Below, one piece after another: positions 55,346-64,000 of a DNA stretch of 64,000 nucleotides. The DNA lies in the IMG/VR virus record IMGVR_UViG_3300017917_002434, positions 186,001-250,000 of that record; one strand, written 5' to 3'. Under the pieces are notes generated by a model that saw only the letters and a list, made by a program, of their open reading frames with translations, made no database searches and was not told the DNA's origin. Position numbers and translations under genes: made by a program. Position 1 is the stretch's first letter, and each line of letters starts with the position of its first letter.

Positions 55346-56245
55346 ATGAAATCTTTAGTTACAGGCGGAGCTGGATTCATTGGCTCACACATAGTCGATA
55401 GATTAATTCAATTAGGACACGAAGTAGTCGTAATTGACAACGAAACATCGCAGGTTCATGATAATTTTTATTATAACGATAAGGCACAGTATCATAAGCT
55501 CGATATCGTAGATTACGAGAATACAAGAAAATTATACGAAGATGTAGATTATGTTTTTCATTGTGCGGCAGAATCTCGTATACAACCTACAATTTTAAAT
55601 CCACTAGGTGCCATTAAAACCAATACACTAGGAACAGGAACTGTGCTACAGTGTGCTAGAGAAGCCGGCGTGAAGAAAGTTATGTACAGTTCTACATCAT
55701 CTGGATACGGATTAAAAAATGAACCTCCATTAAGAGAAGACATGCCAGATGATTGTCTTAATCCTTATTCTGTATCAAAAGTGTCTGGCGAAAAACTTTG
55801 TTCGATGTATACTCGATTATTTGGTGTTAAAACAGTGATTTTTAGATACTTTAATGTCTACGGACCGAGAGAGCCCTTGAGAGGTCCTTATGCTCCTGTT
55901 GTTGGTCTTTTTATTAGACAGCATCGAGCAGGAGAAGCATTGACTATCGTTCCTGATGGAACACAGCGTAGGGACTTTACACATGTAGATGATGTTGTAG
56001 AAGCTAATATACTAGCCATGTCTAAAGACGACCACGATCATTACGGCGAAGTTTTTAATGTAGGTACAGGAACGAATCATTCTGTATTAGAACTAGCGGC
56101 TATGATATCAGAAAATACAAAAATGATCGAACCTAGGCTAGGCGAAGCATATATCACTTTAGCAGACAATTCAAAATTGCGAAATGTGTTTGGATGGAAA
56201 CCTACAAAAGATTTAGAAAGTTATGTCAAAGAACTGAAAAAATGA
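55346..56245 (+). CDS. NAD-dependent nucleotide-sugar epimerase/dehydratase (GalE-like)
   Basis: 'VTGGAGFIGSH', 'YSSTSS.YG', 'NPYSVSK', 'RYFNVYGP', 'RDFTHV.DVV.AN'. Confidence 0.9.
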   Translation: MKSLVTGGAGFIGSHIVDRLIQLGHEVVVIDNETSQVHDNFYYNDKAQYHKLDIVDYENTRKLYEDVDYVFHCAAESRIQPTILNPLGAIKTNTLGTGTVLQCAREAGVKKVMYSSTSSGYGLKNEPPLREDMPDDCLNPYSVSKVSGEKLCSMYTRLFGVKTVIFRYFNVYGPREPLRGPYAPVVGLFIRQHRAGEALTIVPDGTQRRDFTHVDDVVEANILAMSKDDHDHYGEVFNVGTGTNHSVLELAAMISENTKMIEPRLGEAYITLADNSKLRNVFGWKPTKDLESYVKELKK

Positions 56246-56823
56246 AGAAAAACAAATATGTGATCGACGAAGCAGCACCACATTTAGGCGGAAATTTGCT
56301 CTTCGGTGATGCTAATACATGGGCACCATTGGCCTGGGAATATATTTTAGAAAATTTTGATATAAAGTCCATGACAGATCTTGGATCAGGATTAGGACAC
56401 GCTGCTAAATGGTTTACAGACAAATCTATTGTTGTAACAGCAGTCGATGGGCTGTCTTACAATGTAGACAATGCCATATTACCAACAGTGCTTCATGATT
56501 TAACTGTTGGTCCATATACTAACGCAGTTGATCTAGTTTACTGTGTAGAAGTAGTAGAACACATAGAAGAAAAATATTTAGATAATCTGTTAACTTCATT
56601 AACTCAAGGTTCGTATCTTTTTATGACACATGCTGTGCCCGGTCAAGATGGATATCACCATGTTAATTGTAGAGACAGTGATTATTGGATCAATCACTTG
56701 CTAGACAGAAATTTTATATTACTAGATGAAGCTTCGGAAAAAATTAGATCTCTAGCAGCAGAAAATAATGCTATACATATTTCAAGAAACGGAATGATTT
56801 TTAAAAAATTATTGTCTGTGTAA
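56242..56823 (+). CDS. Class I SAM-dependent methyltransferase
   Basis: 'DLGSGLG', 'AVDG', 'DLVYCVEVVEHIEE', 'PGQ.G.HHVN'; start moved to ATG 56242 (ATGA coupling). Confidence 0.75.
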   Translation: MKKNKYVIDEAAPHLGGNLLFGDANTWAPLAWEYILENFDIKSMTDLGSGLGHAAKWFTDKSIVVTAVDGLSYNVDNAILPTVLHDLTVGPYTNAVDLVYCVEVVEHIEEKYLDNLLTSLTQGSYLFMTHAVPGQDGYHHVNCRDSDYWINHLLDRNFILLDEASEKIRSLAAENNAIHISRNGMIFKKLLSV

Positions 56824-57579
56824 TTTATTAATTTCTTTTACAGACTCTAGTAATCTCTGAGGCGTACCTATATCGAGTCCGTGTTCTACGATAGCAGCGA
56901 CGTCTTTAGGAAAACAAGCACCGCCATAACCAAACTGTCCGTCGGGGCCCGGGACATCCCAATGACTATTTCCTAGTCTAGTATCATTTTTAGCTATCTC
57001 TTTTATTTCTTTCCAGTCTACTCCTACGGCCTTAGCTAGATGAAACAGATCGTTCATAAACGTAACCTTAGTTGCCATAAAAGCATTAGCCATATATTTG
57101 AAAAGACTGGCCGAGGCAATGTCTGTGATATGATAGTGTTTGGCCTGTATCGTGCTAGATGAAATTATTTGTTTTGCTCTCTCGCAAAATCGAGGATTGC
57201 CACCTATCAACACCCATGTTGATGTTTCGTAATCTTCGGTAGCATTAGCCGCTGTAAGAAATTCGGGAGCATGTACTAGGTTTGGATATTGATCTTGTAA
57301 TCTTAGATATACCCCTGGAGGAACTGTGCTTTTACATATAATAACACCGTCGTATCCTTCTAATTCTTTTAACACAGATTTTACATACGAATCATCACAA
57401 TGCCCATCTTCCAACATTGGCGTTGGTACGCAGATGTATACAGCATCGCAACTTTTAATATCTTTTATAGTTGCTGATTGATCTCCCAATTTAGGATCTC
57501 TAGCAATAAAATGTTGATATCTGTGAGTATGGGCCACAGCTGAACCTACATACCCTAATCCAAAAATTCCTATTTTCAT
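56809..57579 (-). CDS. ugd: UDP-glucose/GDP-mannose 6-dehydrogenase, short form lacking the C-terminal domain
   Basis: 'GLGYVG', 'ICVPTP', 'KSTVPPG', 'PEFL', 'KY.AN.F.A.KV.F.N', catalytic 'GYGGACFPKD'. Confidence 0.85.
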   Translation of the reverse strand: MKIGIFGLGYVGSAVAHTHRYQHFIARDPKLGDQSATIKDIKSCDAVYICVPTPMLEDGHCDDSYVKSVLKELEGYDGVIICKSTVPPGVYLRLQDQYPNLVHAPEFLTAANATEDYETSTWVLIGGNPRFCERAKQIISSSTIQAKHYHITDIASASLFKYMANAFMATKVTFMNDLFHLAKAVGVDWKEIKEIAKNDTRLGNSHWDVPGPDGQFGYGGACFPKDVAAIVEHGLDIGTPQRLLESVKEINKLHRQ

Positions 57580-57601
57580 CAAGTCCTCTCTAACCACAGT
57601 T

Positions 57602-57631
57602 TATTTAGTGGGTATATTATTCAAATAAATA
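57602..57631. promoter_or_regulatory. Divergent late promoter pair
   Basis: TATTTA 57602-57607 (minus) and TAAATA 57626-57631 (plus, 5 nt before ATG 57637). Confidence 0.65.
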
Positions 57632-57636
57632 GAAAC

Positions 57637-58404
57637 ATGAAAATTGTTTTAGTTACTGGTGGGTTTGATCCGATTCATTCCGGACACATAAGTTATTTTA
57701 AGTCGGCACGTACCTTAGGCGATATGCTCATAGTCGGATTAAATTCTGATGATTGGTTAGAGCGTAAAAAAGGTCGTGCGTTTATGCCGTGGAATGAAAG
57801 ATTGTGTATTATCAATAATCTTTCAATGGTAGACGAAGTTTACACATTCGATGACGAAGATGGTTCTGCTAAACATTTTATTCAGCAGGTCCGAGCTCAT
57901 TACCCTGATGCTGAATTGATATTTGCCAACGGCGGCGATCGCACAGCAAAAAATATTCCCGAAATGGATGTTCAAGATTCTAATCTACGTTTCGAATTCG
58001 GTGTCGGCGGAGAAGATAAAAAGAACTCTAGCAGCTGGATCTTACAAGAGTGGAAGGCTCCAAAAACAGAAAGACCCTGGGGATATTATAGGGTATTACA
58101 CGAAGTTACTGGATGTAAAGTAAAAGAGCTAACAGTGAATCCTGGACAGAGTCTAAGTCTACAAAGACATAAAGATAGAACAGAAATATGGTTAGTAGCC
58201 AAAGGTCAATGTATGGTAGAACATTATGGTCATGCTATACAATCTGATGCGTATCTTGTTCAAACCCCCTTACATACTCACAGCGAATATCATGTCAGTA
58301 GAACTGCCTGGCATAGATTGTTTAATCCATATAACGAACCTTGTCAGATAGTTGAAATTCAATACGGCGATCGCTGTGTTGAGGAGGACATAGAAAGAAA
58401 ATGA
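57637..58404 (+). CDS. HxGH nucleotidyltransferase (TagD/RfaE-II-like) fused to a mannose-6-phosphate-isomerase-like cupin
   Basis: 'TGGFDPIHSGH', 'GLNSD.WL.RKKG..FM', 'FANGGDR', 'K.NSSS'; then 'RPWG.Y.VL', 'V.PGQSLSLQRH..R.E.W', 'EIQYG..C.E.DIER'. Confidence 0.85.
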   Translation: MKIVLVTGGFDPIHSGHISYFKSARTLGDMLIVGLNSDDWLERKKGRAFMPWNERLCIINNLSMVDEVYTFDDEDGSAKHFIQQVRAHYPDAELIFANGGDRTAKNIPEMDVQDSNLRFEFGVGGEDKKNSSSWILQEWKAPKTERPWGYYRVLHEVTGCKVKELTVNPGQSLSLQRHKDRTEIWLVAKGQCMVEHYGHAIQSDAYLVQTPLHTHSEYHVSRTAWHRLFNPYNEPCQIVEIQYGDRCVEEDIERK

Positions 58405-59096
58405 AAGATATAATACCTATCTTTGTAGGTTACGATCCTAGAGAAGCGATCGCATATCATACCTGTGTAAACAGTATTATTAGAAATTCCAGCCGCCCTG
58501 TAAGCATTATTCCCGTGGCACTTAATCTGTTCAAAGACTATACTGAAACACATACCGATGGCAGCAATCACTTTATCTATACCAGATTTCTTGTGCCATA
58601 TCTGATGAGCTGGACTGGTCATGCTATATTCATTGACGGTGATATGATCGTTAGAGGAGACATAGCAGAGCTTTGGGACCTACGTGAAATGGGCAAGGAT
58701 GTTCAAGTTGTAAAGCACGATTACAAAACAAAAATGCCTGTAAAATATTTAGGAGCAAAAAATGAAGACTATCCTAGAAAAAATTGGTCTAGTGTTATTC
58801 TGTGGAATTGTAATAGTTTTCCTAACCGGAAACTTACTCCCGAGTTCGTCCAGCGAGCCACAGGTGCCGAGCTCCACCGCTTCTCGTGGCTAGAAGAAGA
58901 CCGCATCGGAGAATTACCTAAGGAGTGGAACTGGCTAGACGTAGAATACGATTACAACCCCGACGCTAAATTAGTTCACTATACTTTAGGCACACCGTGT
59001 TTCCATGAATTTGCCACACAGGGAAATTTTGCTAATGAATGGCATAGAGAGCGAGTATTAACTGAACACTGCCAACAACATGATATTCTTAAGTAA
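58401..59096 (+). CDS. GT-A glycosyltransferase (GT8-related)
   Basis: 'IFVGYDPRE', 'F.YTRFLVPYL', 'FIDGDM', 'YPRKNWSS..LWNC', 'HYT.G.P'. Confidence 0.75.
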   Translation: MKDIIPIFVGYDPREAIAYHTCVNSIIRNSSRPVSIIPVALNLFKDYTETHTDGSNHFIYTRFLVPYLMSWTGHAIFIDGDMIVRGDIAELWDLREMGKDVQVVKHDYKTKMPVKYLGAKNEDYPRKNWSSVILWNCNSFPNRKLTPEFVQRATGAELHRFSWLEEDRIGELPKEWNWLDVEYDYNPDAKLVHYTLGTPCFHEFATQGNFANEWHRERVLTEHCQQHDILK

Positions 59097-59865
59097 GAAC
59101 GGTCAAGACGAATACATCAATCAATTCTGTAGAGCATCTAAAGGAACTCTAGTTAACACAGACAATTTTGATTATAATAGTAGTAACGAACCTATCGTAT
59201 TGAGAGGTATTCTCAAAGACAAGATAATGAAAAACTGTTGGAGGGATCAACGTGATTTTTATTACGTAGATACTGGTTATTTTGGAAATGAGAAAACTAA
59301 ATCTAATCCTAATGGTTGGAAACTATGGCATAGGATAGTCAAAAATAATCTACAACACGGAGAAATTATTCCTAGACCAGCAGATAGATTTCTTCGATTT
59401 AATAAAAAATTTCAACCGTGGAAAAAGACCGGAACTAAAATTCTCATAGCTGCTCCTGATGAAAAACCTTGTAAATTCTACGGTATCGATAAAGAGCAGT
59501 GGGTTAACGAAACCGTTAACACAATCAAACAATTTACAGATCGGCCTGTGGTAGTAAGAGAACGAGCTAAATTAAGAATTGATAGGATTAGCACCGACAC
59601 TTTAGAGCAGGCATTGAATAATGATGTATTTGCATTAGTTACATTTAACAGTGTCGCTGCTGTTGAGAGTATTTTTCACGGTATACCAGTTTTTACACTA
59701 GCACCGTGTAATGCTGCTAGTCCAGTAAGTTTACAGGACCTCAGCCATATAGAAAAACCGTATTACCCGGACAGCGATAAATTATTTGCGTGGGGCTGTC
59801 ATCTGGCCTACGGACAATTTAGTTTTACCGAAATGAGAGACGGATCAGTTTGGAACATTATATGA
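59080..59865 (+). CDS. Putative glycosyltransferase, capsule-synthesis (KpsC/KpsS)-like C-terminus
   Basis: 'Y.DTGYF', 'TDRP.VVR', 'LVTFNS.AA.ES..HGIPVF'; paralogous to 60520..61449. Confidence 0.5.
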   Translation: MIFLSKNGQDEYINQFCRASKGTLVNTDNFDYNSSNEPIVLRGILKDKIMKNCWRDQRDFYYVDTGYFGNEKTKSNPNGWKLWHRIVKNNLQHGEIIPRPADRFLRFNKKFQPWKKTGTKILIAAPDEKPCKFYGIDKEQWVNETVNTIKQFTDRPVVVRERAKLRIDRISTDTLEQALNNDVFALVTFNSVAAVESIFHGIPVFTLAPCNAASPVSLQDLSHIEKPYYPDSDKLFAWGCHLAYGQFSFTEMRDGSVWNII

Positions 59866-60533
59866 ATCTACACTTTATAACAAGCATATCAAAAGATTAT
59901 TGGTTTAATACAGCTAAAAAATGTATTAGTACATGGGACTTACCAGGAAAAGTTACAATATTTGTTGAACAACGAGAAGGCGATATGAGTTGGACTTCTG
60001 AATTACCGTTTCCTTTTCAATTAGTTTATGCCCCCGATCTTAAAGTAGATAGATTTACAACAACTAGCAAAATTGCTAAATTTTGGGGTAAATCATGTGC
60101 CCAGATACAGGCTGTTAGAGAACGCGGAACCGATGAAAGAGTTATATGGATCGACGCCGACGTGGAACAAATAGCTCCGGTAACAGCAGATCTTTTTAAT
60201 TTTGAATTTGTAGAACCTCTAGCCATGTTAAACAGCGGCGATCATGAAGATTGTTGGGAAACCGGTGTTGTTATCTTTAATCAACAGTTCGATAAACTGA
60301 ATTTAATCATGAAACGATACGAAAGTGCTTGGAATAACGAAGAGATTTTATGTAGTCTGTGGAAACCATATGATGCTCAGGTGTTGGGGTACATTGCCGA
60401 GGATCGCGGATATAAAAATCTCTGTAAACAGCCTTGCTCAAATGCCGATGCCTTAAAAAACAGTCATCTCGCAGATTATTTTACTCACTGGATCAATAAA
60501 GAAAACAAAGCAAAACTAAATGAACAAGATTAA
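59862..60533 (+). CDS. Putative GT-A glycosyltransferase
   Basis: 'KF..K..AQ', 'VIWIDAD', 'ETG...FN', 'YDAQV'; related to the ORF at 63339. Confidence 0.55.
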   Translation: MNLHFITSISKDYWFNTAKKCISTWDLPGKVTIFVEQREGDMSWTSELPFPFQLVYAPDLKVDRFTTTSKIAKFWGKSCAQIQAVRERGTDERVIWIDADVEQIAPVTADLFNFEFVEPLAMLNSGDHEDCWETGVVIFNQQFDKLNLIMKRYESAWNNEEILCSLWKPYDAQVLGYIAEDRGYKNLCKQPCSNADALKNSHLADYFTHWINKENKAKLNEQD

Positions 60534-61449
60534 GGTTGTTGGTTATCTTTCAGGAATTCCGCCAGGCGTTAAAAATCAACACAAACGCGATATCATCTTA
60601 CGATTTATAGAAGGCGTTCAGAAATCTGGTGACGACGGAGTTCTAAACAACAATAGAACAATCATTCCGGCCGACATTGCTTTTATCCAAGGTTGGGTAC
60701 ACGAAGGTAGCGGCGATTCTCCTCATCTGATGGTTAGAAAACAAGTAGTCCAACATCAAAAAATTTCAAGAAAACACACGTTAGTAGTAGACAGTAATTT
60801 GTTTAATTATGTTGACGGAAATCAAAATAAATCTTATCTAAGATATAGTTTCGACGGAGTTTTTCCCACTACCGCAAATTATTTTTGGGACAACGTCGAT
60901 CCTTCTAGGTGGATACAGATCAGCAGAGATCAAAATATATCTCTTAAAGACTGGAGAACCAAAGGCAATCATATTTTAATCTGTACCCAGAGACCAGGCG
61001 GTTGGAGCATGAAAGGATTAGATGTTAATCAATGGTTAAACATGACTATAGGTGAGCTAAAGAAATACACAGACCGACCTATCGTTGTTAGATCACATCC
61101 AGGTGCTAAGGGATCTAAGGAAAGTGTGTCAGTAAACAATCGTCAAGGATTGTATACTGTTAGCAATAATCAGTTTATACGAGATGATTTTAAAAATGCC
61201 CATGCTGTAATAACTTACAACAGTTCTCCAGGGGTAGCTGCGGCTATTGAAGGAATACCGGTATTTGTTACCGATCCTAATCCTCGAATTAGTCAAGCCT
61301 ACGAAGTAAGCAATCATAGATTAGAGTTAATAGAATCACCTAACACACCAGATCGACAAGCATGGGTTGAGAAACTATCTATGAGTCACTGGAATTTAGA
61401 AGAAGCTAGATCAGGTCAGGCCTGGAATCACATCAAGCAGTACATTTAG
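60520..61449 (+). CDS. Putative glycosyltransferase, capsule-synthesis (KpsC/KpsS)-like
   Basis: 'ILICTQ', 'TDRPIVVRSHP', 'VITYNSSPGV.AAIEGIPVF'. Confidence 0.55.
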   Translation: MNKIKVVGYLSGIPPGVKNQHKRDIILRFIEGVQKSGDDGVLNNNRTIIPADIAFIQGWVHEGSGDSPHLMVRKQVVQHQKISRKHTLVVDSNLFNYVDGNQNKSYLRYSFDGVFPTTANYFWDNVDPSRWIQISRDQNISLKDWRTKGNHILICTQRPGGWSMKGLDVNQWLNMTIGELKKYTDRPIVVRSHPGAKGSKESVSVNNRQGLYTVSNNQFIRDDFKNAHAVITYNSSPGVAAAIEGIPVFVTDPNPRISQAYEVSNHRLELIESPNTPDRQAWVEKLSMSHWNLEEARSGQAWNHIKQYI

Positions 61450-61984
61450 ATAGCCAATAAACAGCTACCTTACTTTTACTGCTTTTTCTATATGATGTTT
61501 TTATAAAAGTACCCCAGGTGTCTAATACTTCTTGATGAGACCAATCATCTTTAACGTGAACTTCGAAGGGATTTCCTTCGACAGCATCTTGAGGATAGTG
61601 AACTACCGGAATACTGATTATAACTGTCTTACTGATGTTGAGCAGATGGTCAACAACCTCTAGAGCTTCGTCTTTAGTCATATGCTCTAACACATCTCCA
61701 GCTATAGCAACGTCAATATTTCGAAAAGATTTCCAATCAATTTTTCTAACATCTTCATTTATTACTTTAGAATACTTTGATCTAAGATTAAATTTTTCTA
61801 TATATGGTTTCCATGCTTCGATAGCGATCCATTCGACATTTTTAGCTATGCCGGCATCAGTAATCAATCGATAATACGTACCACTGCCGGCTCCGATATC
61901 TAGTATCCGACTGATATTGTTTTGATTTTCTTTAAACCAAAACAGAATCTGATCTTTGCCTGCCGAGTTGCTACTTCCGCTCAT
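61433..61984 (-). CDS. Class I SAM-dependent methyltransferase
   Basis: 'ILDIGAGSGTY', 'AIEAW', 'GDVLEHM'. Confidence 0.8.
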   Translation of the reverse strand: MSGSSNSAGKDQILFWFKENQNNISRILDIGAGSGTYYRLITDAGIAKNVEWIAIEAWKPYIEKFNLRSKYSKVINEDVRKIDWKSFRNIDVAIAGDVLEHMTKDEALEVVDHLLNISKTVIISIPVVHYPQDAVEGNPFEVHVKDDWSHQEVLDTWGTFIKTSYRKSSKSKVAVYWLSKCTA

Positions 61985-62669
61985 CTTTGTTCCATATATG
62001 TGTTCGTATCAATGAAGATTTGCCGCCTGTAGGGTCTCTATCCTCAGCTTTTCCCATCATGTAACTATGTATTTGTATTTTTATCAAATGTTGATTAATA
62101 GCATTATCAGCCGGCATATATGTATGCTTATATTCATCGATTAAAATTTTAGCAGCATGAGGTTTTATAAGATATCCAGCATTACCGGGCATCGATGATT
62201 GGTAGTATGGGGCTGCTTCGGGCTCGCCCTGGGGATCTAACAAATATTGCCAATATTTTCTCATCTTTTTTTCGTGACTAGAAGCCACAGATAGTACATC
62301 ATCCCACTCAACCGGAATAAATCTTCGAATTATTCTTGCGTCGTCCTCCCATACAAATATAGGTTCGTTTATTTCATGACATTTTTGCCATAATCTGTAA
62401 TGACTGGAAAAACAACCTATTTCTCCGGGAGTATTGTGCTCAGGTCTATCTCGATACTCATCAGAAAATATAGTCGATGGACCGTATTTCATGCCCCAGG
62501 GGTGATATTTCTTGCCTTCTTTAATAAATCTTTCTTTAGTTTCGTCACCGTAGGACCCTTCGAACAATTCAACCGGCATATTAAAATTTTCCAGCTGGGA
62601 TTTTAGTGTAAGTGCTGAATCTAAACTACTTTTTATTTTAGAAAGATGGATAATGTAAGATTTATACAT
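61971..62669 (-). CDS. Glycosyltransferase family 25
   Basis: 'YIIHL', 'GEIGCFSSHYRLW', 'EDDA', 'GYLIKP.AA..L', 'PAD'. Confidence 0.8.
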   Translation of the reverse strand: MYKSYIIHLSKIKSSLDSALTLKSQLENFNMPVELFEGSYGDETKERFIKEGKKYHPWGMKYGPSTIFSDEYRDRPEHNTPGEIGCFSSHYRLWQKCHEINEPIFVWEDDARIIRRFIPVEWDDVLSVASSHEKKMRKYWQYLLDPQGEPEAAPYYQSSMPGNAGYLIKPHAAKILIDEYKHTYMPADNAINQHLIKIQIHSYMMGKAEDRDPTGGKSSLIRTHIWNKDERK

Positions 62670-63342
62670 TGGAAAACTTCTCTAAATTTTTAGTAAGACT
62701 AAATTTTCTAAGATTTTTCATGTTAAAAAATTTATGTAATCTTACGACAGGCACATTTGTGATTTTTATGTCAATTATCGCAGTACCTATATGTTTATCT
62801 GTAGGTAGTGCTCCACGTTCGTGAGCAAAATTTATTAATTTTTTAGCACCAACAGGTTTTATCAAATATCCATATGCTCCTCTGAGGTATCCGCCTGCTT
62901 TATCGAAATCGTTTGGAACTACATCTTGGCATTTTATAGGAATAGTCAAACTTTTTTCAACTTTTTCATTGTAATCTTCGCTAAACTGATCATAAGGATC
63001 TAAATTTAGTACCTCTGTGAAATGTTGTTCAATATCCTCTGGTAATTTTCTTATAAAAATTCCGTCGTGTTCTAAAATCAAAAATGTTTCCTCTTGTTCT
63101 GAGCATTTTTTCCATAATTCATAGTGGCTTAGGAAGCATCCCTTAACCCCGGGCAACTTTTCTATCTTATCTTGTAGAAAATTTTTGATACCGTACTGAT
63201 CAAATTTATATTGATCCTTTATGCCATCGCTGCCTATCCAGCCTCTGAGGTCTATACCGAACTTTTCTGCCTCTGCTACTGCTTCCTGAGCAAATTTTAC
63301 GCTCATCTCAATCTGATTTTGAAAAATTACAAAGCACTTCAT
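62662..63342 (-). CDS. Glycosyltransferase family 25
   Basis: 'GVKGCFLSHYELW', 'ILEHDG', 'GAYGYLIKP.GAKKL', 'PTD'. Confidence 0.8.
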   Translation of the reverse strand: MKCFVIFQNQIEMSVKFAQEAVAEAEKFGIDLRGWIGSDGIKDQYKFDQYGIKNFLQDKIEKLPGVKGCFLSHYELWKKCSEQEETFLILEHDGIFIRKLPEDIEQHFTEVLNLDPYDQFSEDYNEKVEKSLTIPIKCQDVVPNDFDKAGGYLRGAYGYLIKPVGAKKLINFAHERGALPTDKHIGTAIIDIKITNVPVVRLHKFFNMKNLRKFSLTKNLEKFSNV

Positions 63343-63998
63343 TGCCAGTATGACTCTTTCCTCACCACTCTGAGATCTTTTTTCAAACTTTTACCTTTGT
63401 CCTTACGCTCACCTTTGAGATGATCTAGATATGCTCCCCATTCACAATTAATCAGCGGGTGTCCTTCACCTCTTATTAGTCCTTTGCTCCAATTTAACTG
63501 TTTCAAAAATGGAAATCTTTTACGGACTTCGTCGAATACATAACTGTCGTGCCACTCTTCTAATAAAAATATACCTGTCTCGGCACGATCGTACATGCGT
63601 TTAAATTCTCTGATAAAATTTTTGGTCATTTCTGAACGTAGATTTAGAGAATATAAACCACATTCGGAAAATTTGTTGTCTCTACCTAAATAGCAAAGGT
63701 CCATGTCCATAGGAATTAGATCTCTGATTTTGTCCATCGTGATAGGACTGTGACAAACCATGTCGGCATCCATCCATATTAATACATCAGCATCGCAATT
63801 TTCGGCACAATGAAAAATACTGTAAACTTTATGAGCAAATCTTACCGCATCCCACTTGAAAGGCTTGTGGCTGTCTTTTCTGTGGGCTAATCTTGGTATA
63901 CCTGATATGTCTCCGTTGGCATGAGGAACACCTTTCCATTTGTCTTTGAATGATTTTAAATCAGGAACACCAGTGTCTAAGTCTGTTAGAGTTATCCT
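63339..63998 (-). CDS. Putative GT-A glycosyltransferase, 5' end outside window
   Basis: Frame open to the window edge (...FKWDAVRFAHKVYSIFHC...VLIWMDAD...ECG...EWHDSYVF...HLKG.RK). Confidence 0.65.
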   Translation of the reverse strand, partial: RITLTDLDTGVPDLKSFKDKWKGVPHANGDISGIPRLAHRKDSHKPFKWDAVRFAHKVYSIFHCAENCDADVLIWMDADMVCHSPITMDKIRDLIPMDMDLCYLGRDNKFSECGLYSLNLRSEMTKNFIREFKRMYDRAETGIFLLEEWHDSYVFDEVRKRFPFLKQLNWSKGLIRGEGHPLINCEWGAYLDHLKGERKDKGKSLKKDLRVVRKESYWQ

Positions 63999-64000
63999 TG

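Noticed and set aside
1-64000. tRNA genes or alternative genetic code
   Set aside because: No cloverleaf seen in the short intergenic gaps, and genes are full length under the standard code; a tRNAscan/Infernal run would be needed to exclude small RNAs formally.

Overview
The window is a 64 kb segment of a large T4-like (contractile-tailed) phage genome from a probably Gram-negative host. No bacterial housekeeping genes, rRNA, tRNA, CRISPR array or integrase were seen. Layout: (1) 1-31.2 kb, tail-fibre/baseplate-appendage region with three giant proteins (1880, 1999, 2693 aa), small adaptor proteins, three tandem Cys/Gly-rich paralogues (30-33 Cys each), and an embedded GT9 (heptosyltransferase-family) + NodU/CmcH carbamoyltransferase pair. 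(2) 31.2-34.1 kb, a sigma70-driven ADP-heptose operon (HldC, HldA, cupin, HAD, HldD). (3) 34.7-50.7 kb, neck/tail/packaging core (gp15, gp14, gp13, dNMP kinase, sheath, tube, gp4, TerS, TerL) in non-T4 order. (4) 51.2-54.0 kb, gp32-UvsX-UvsY. (5) 54-64 kb, a glycan-modification island (glycosyltransferases, methyltransferases, epimerase, short UDP-glucose dehydrogenase, nucleotidyltransferase-cupin fusion). Best leads: a nearly self-contained phage heptose synthesis/transfer/carbamoylation system with candidate non-orthologous GmhA/GmhB replacements; a repeated, insertable domain in virion proteins whose core (KCxRD[I/V]G..GG) resembles the phycocyanin chromophore-attachment motif; the Cys-rich fibre trio; systematic TAAATA-N5-ATG late starts implying leaderless mRNAs; and an RBS-occluding hairpin in front of the GT9 gene. 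All product calls come from motif recognition by eye; no database search was run.
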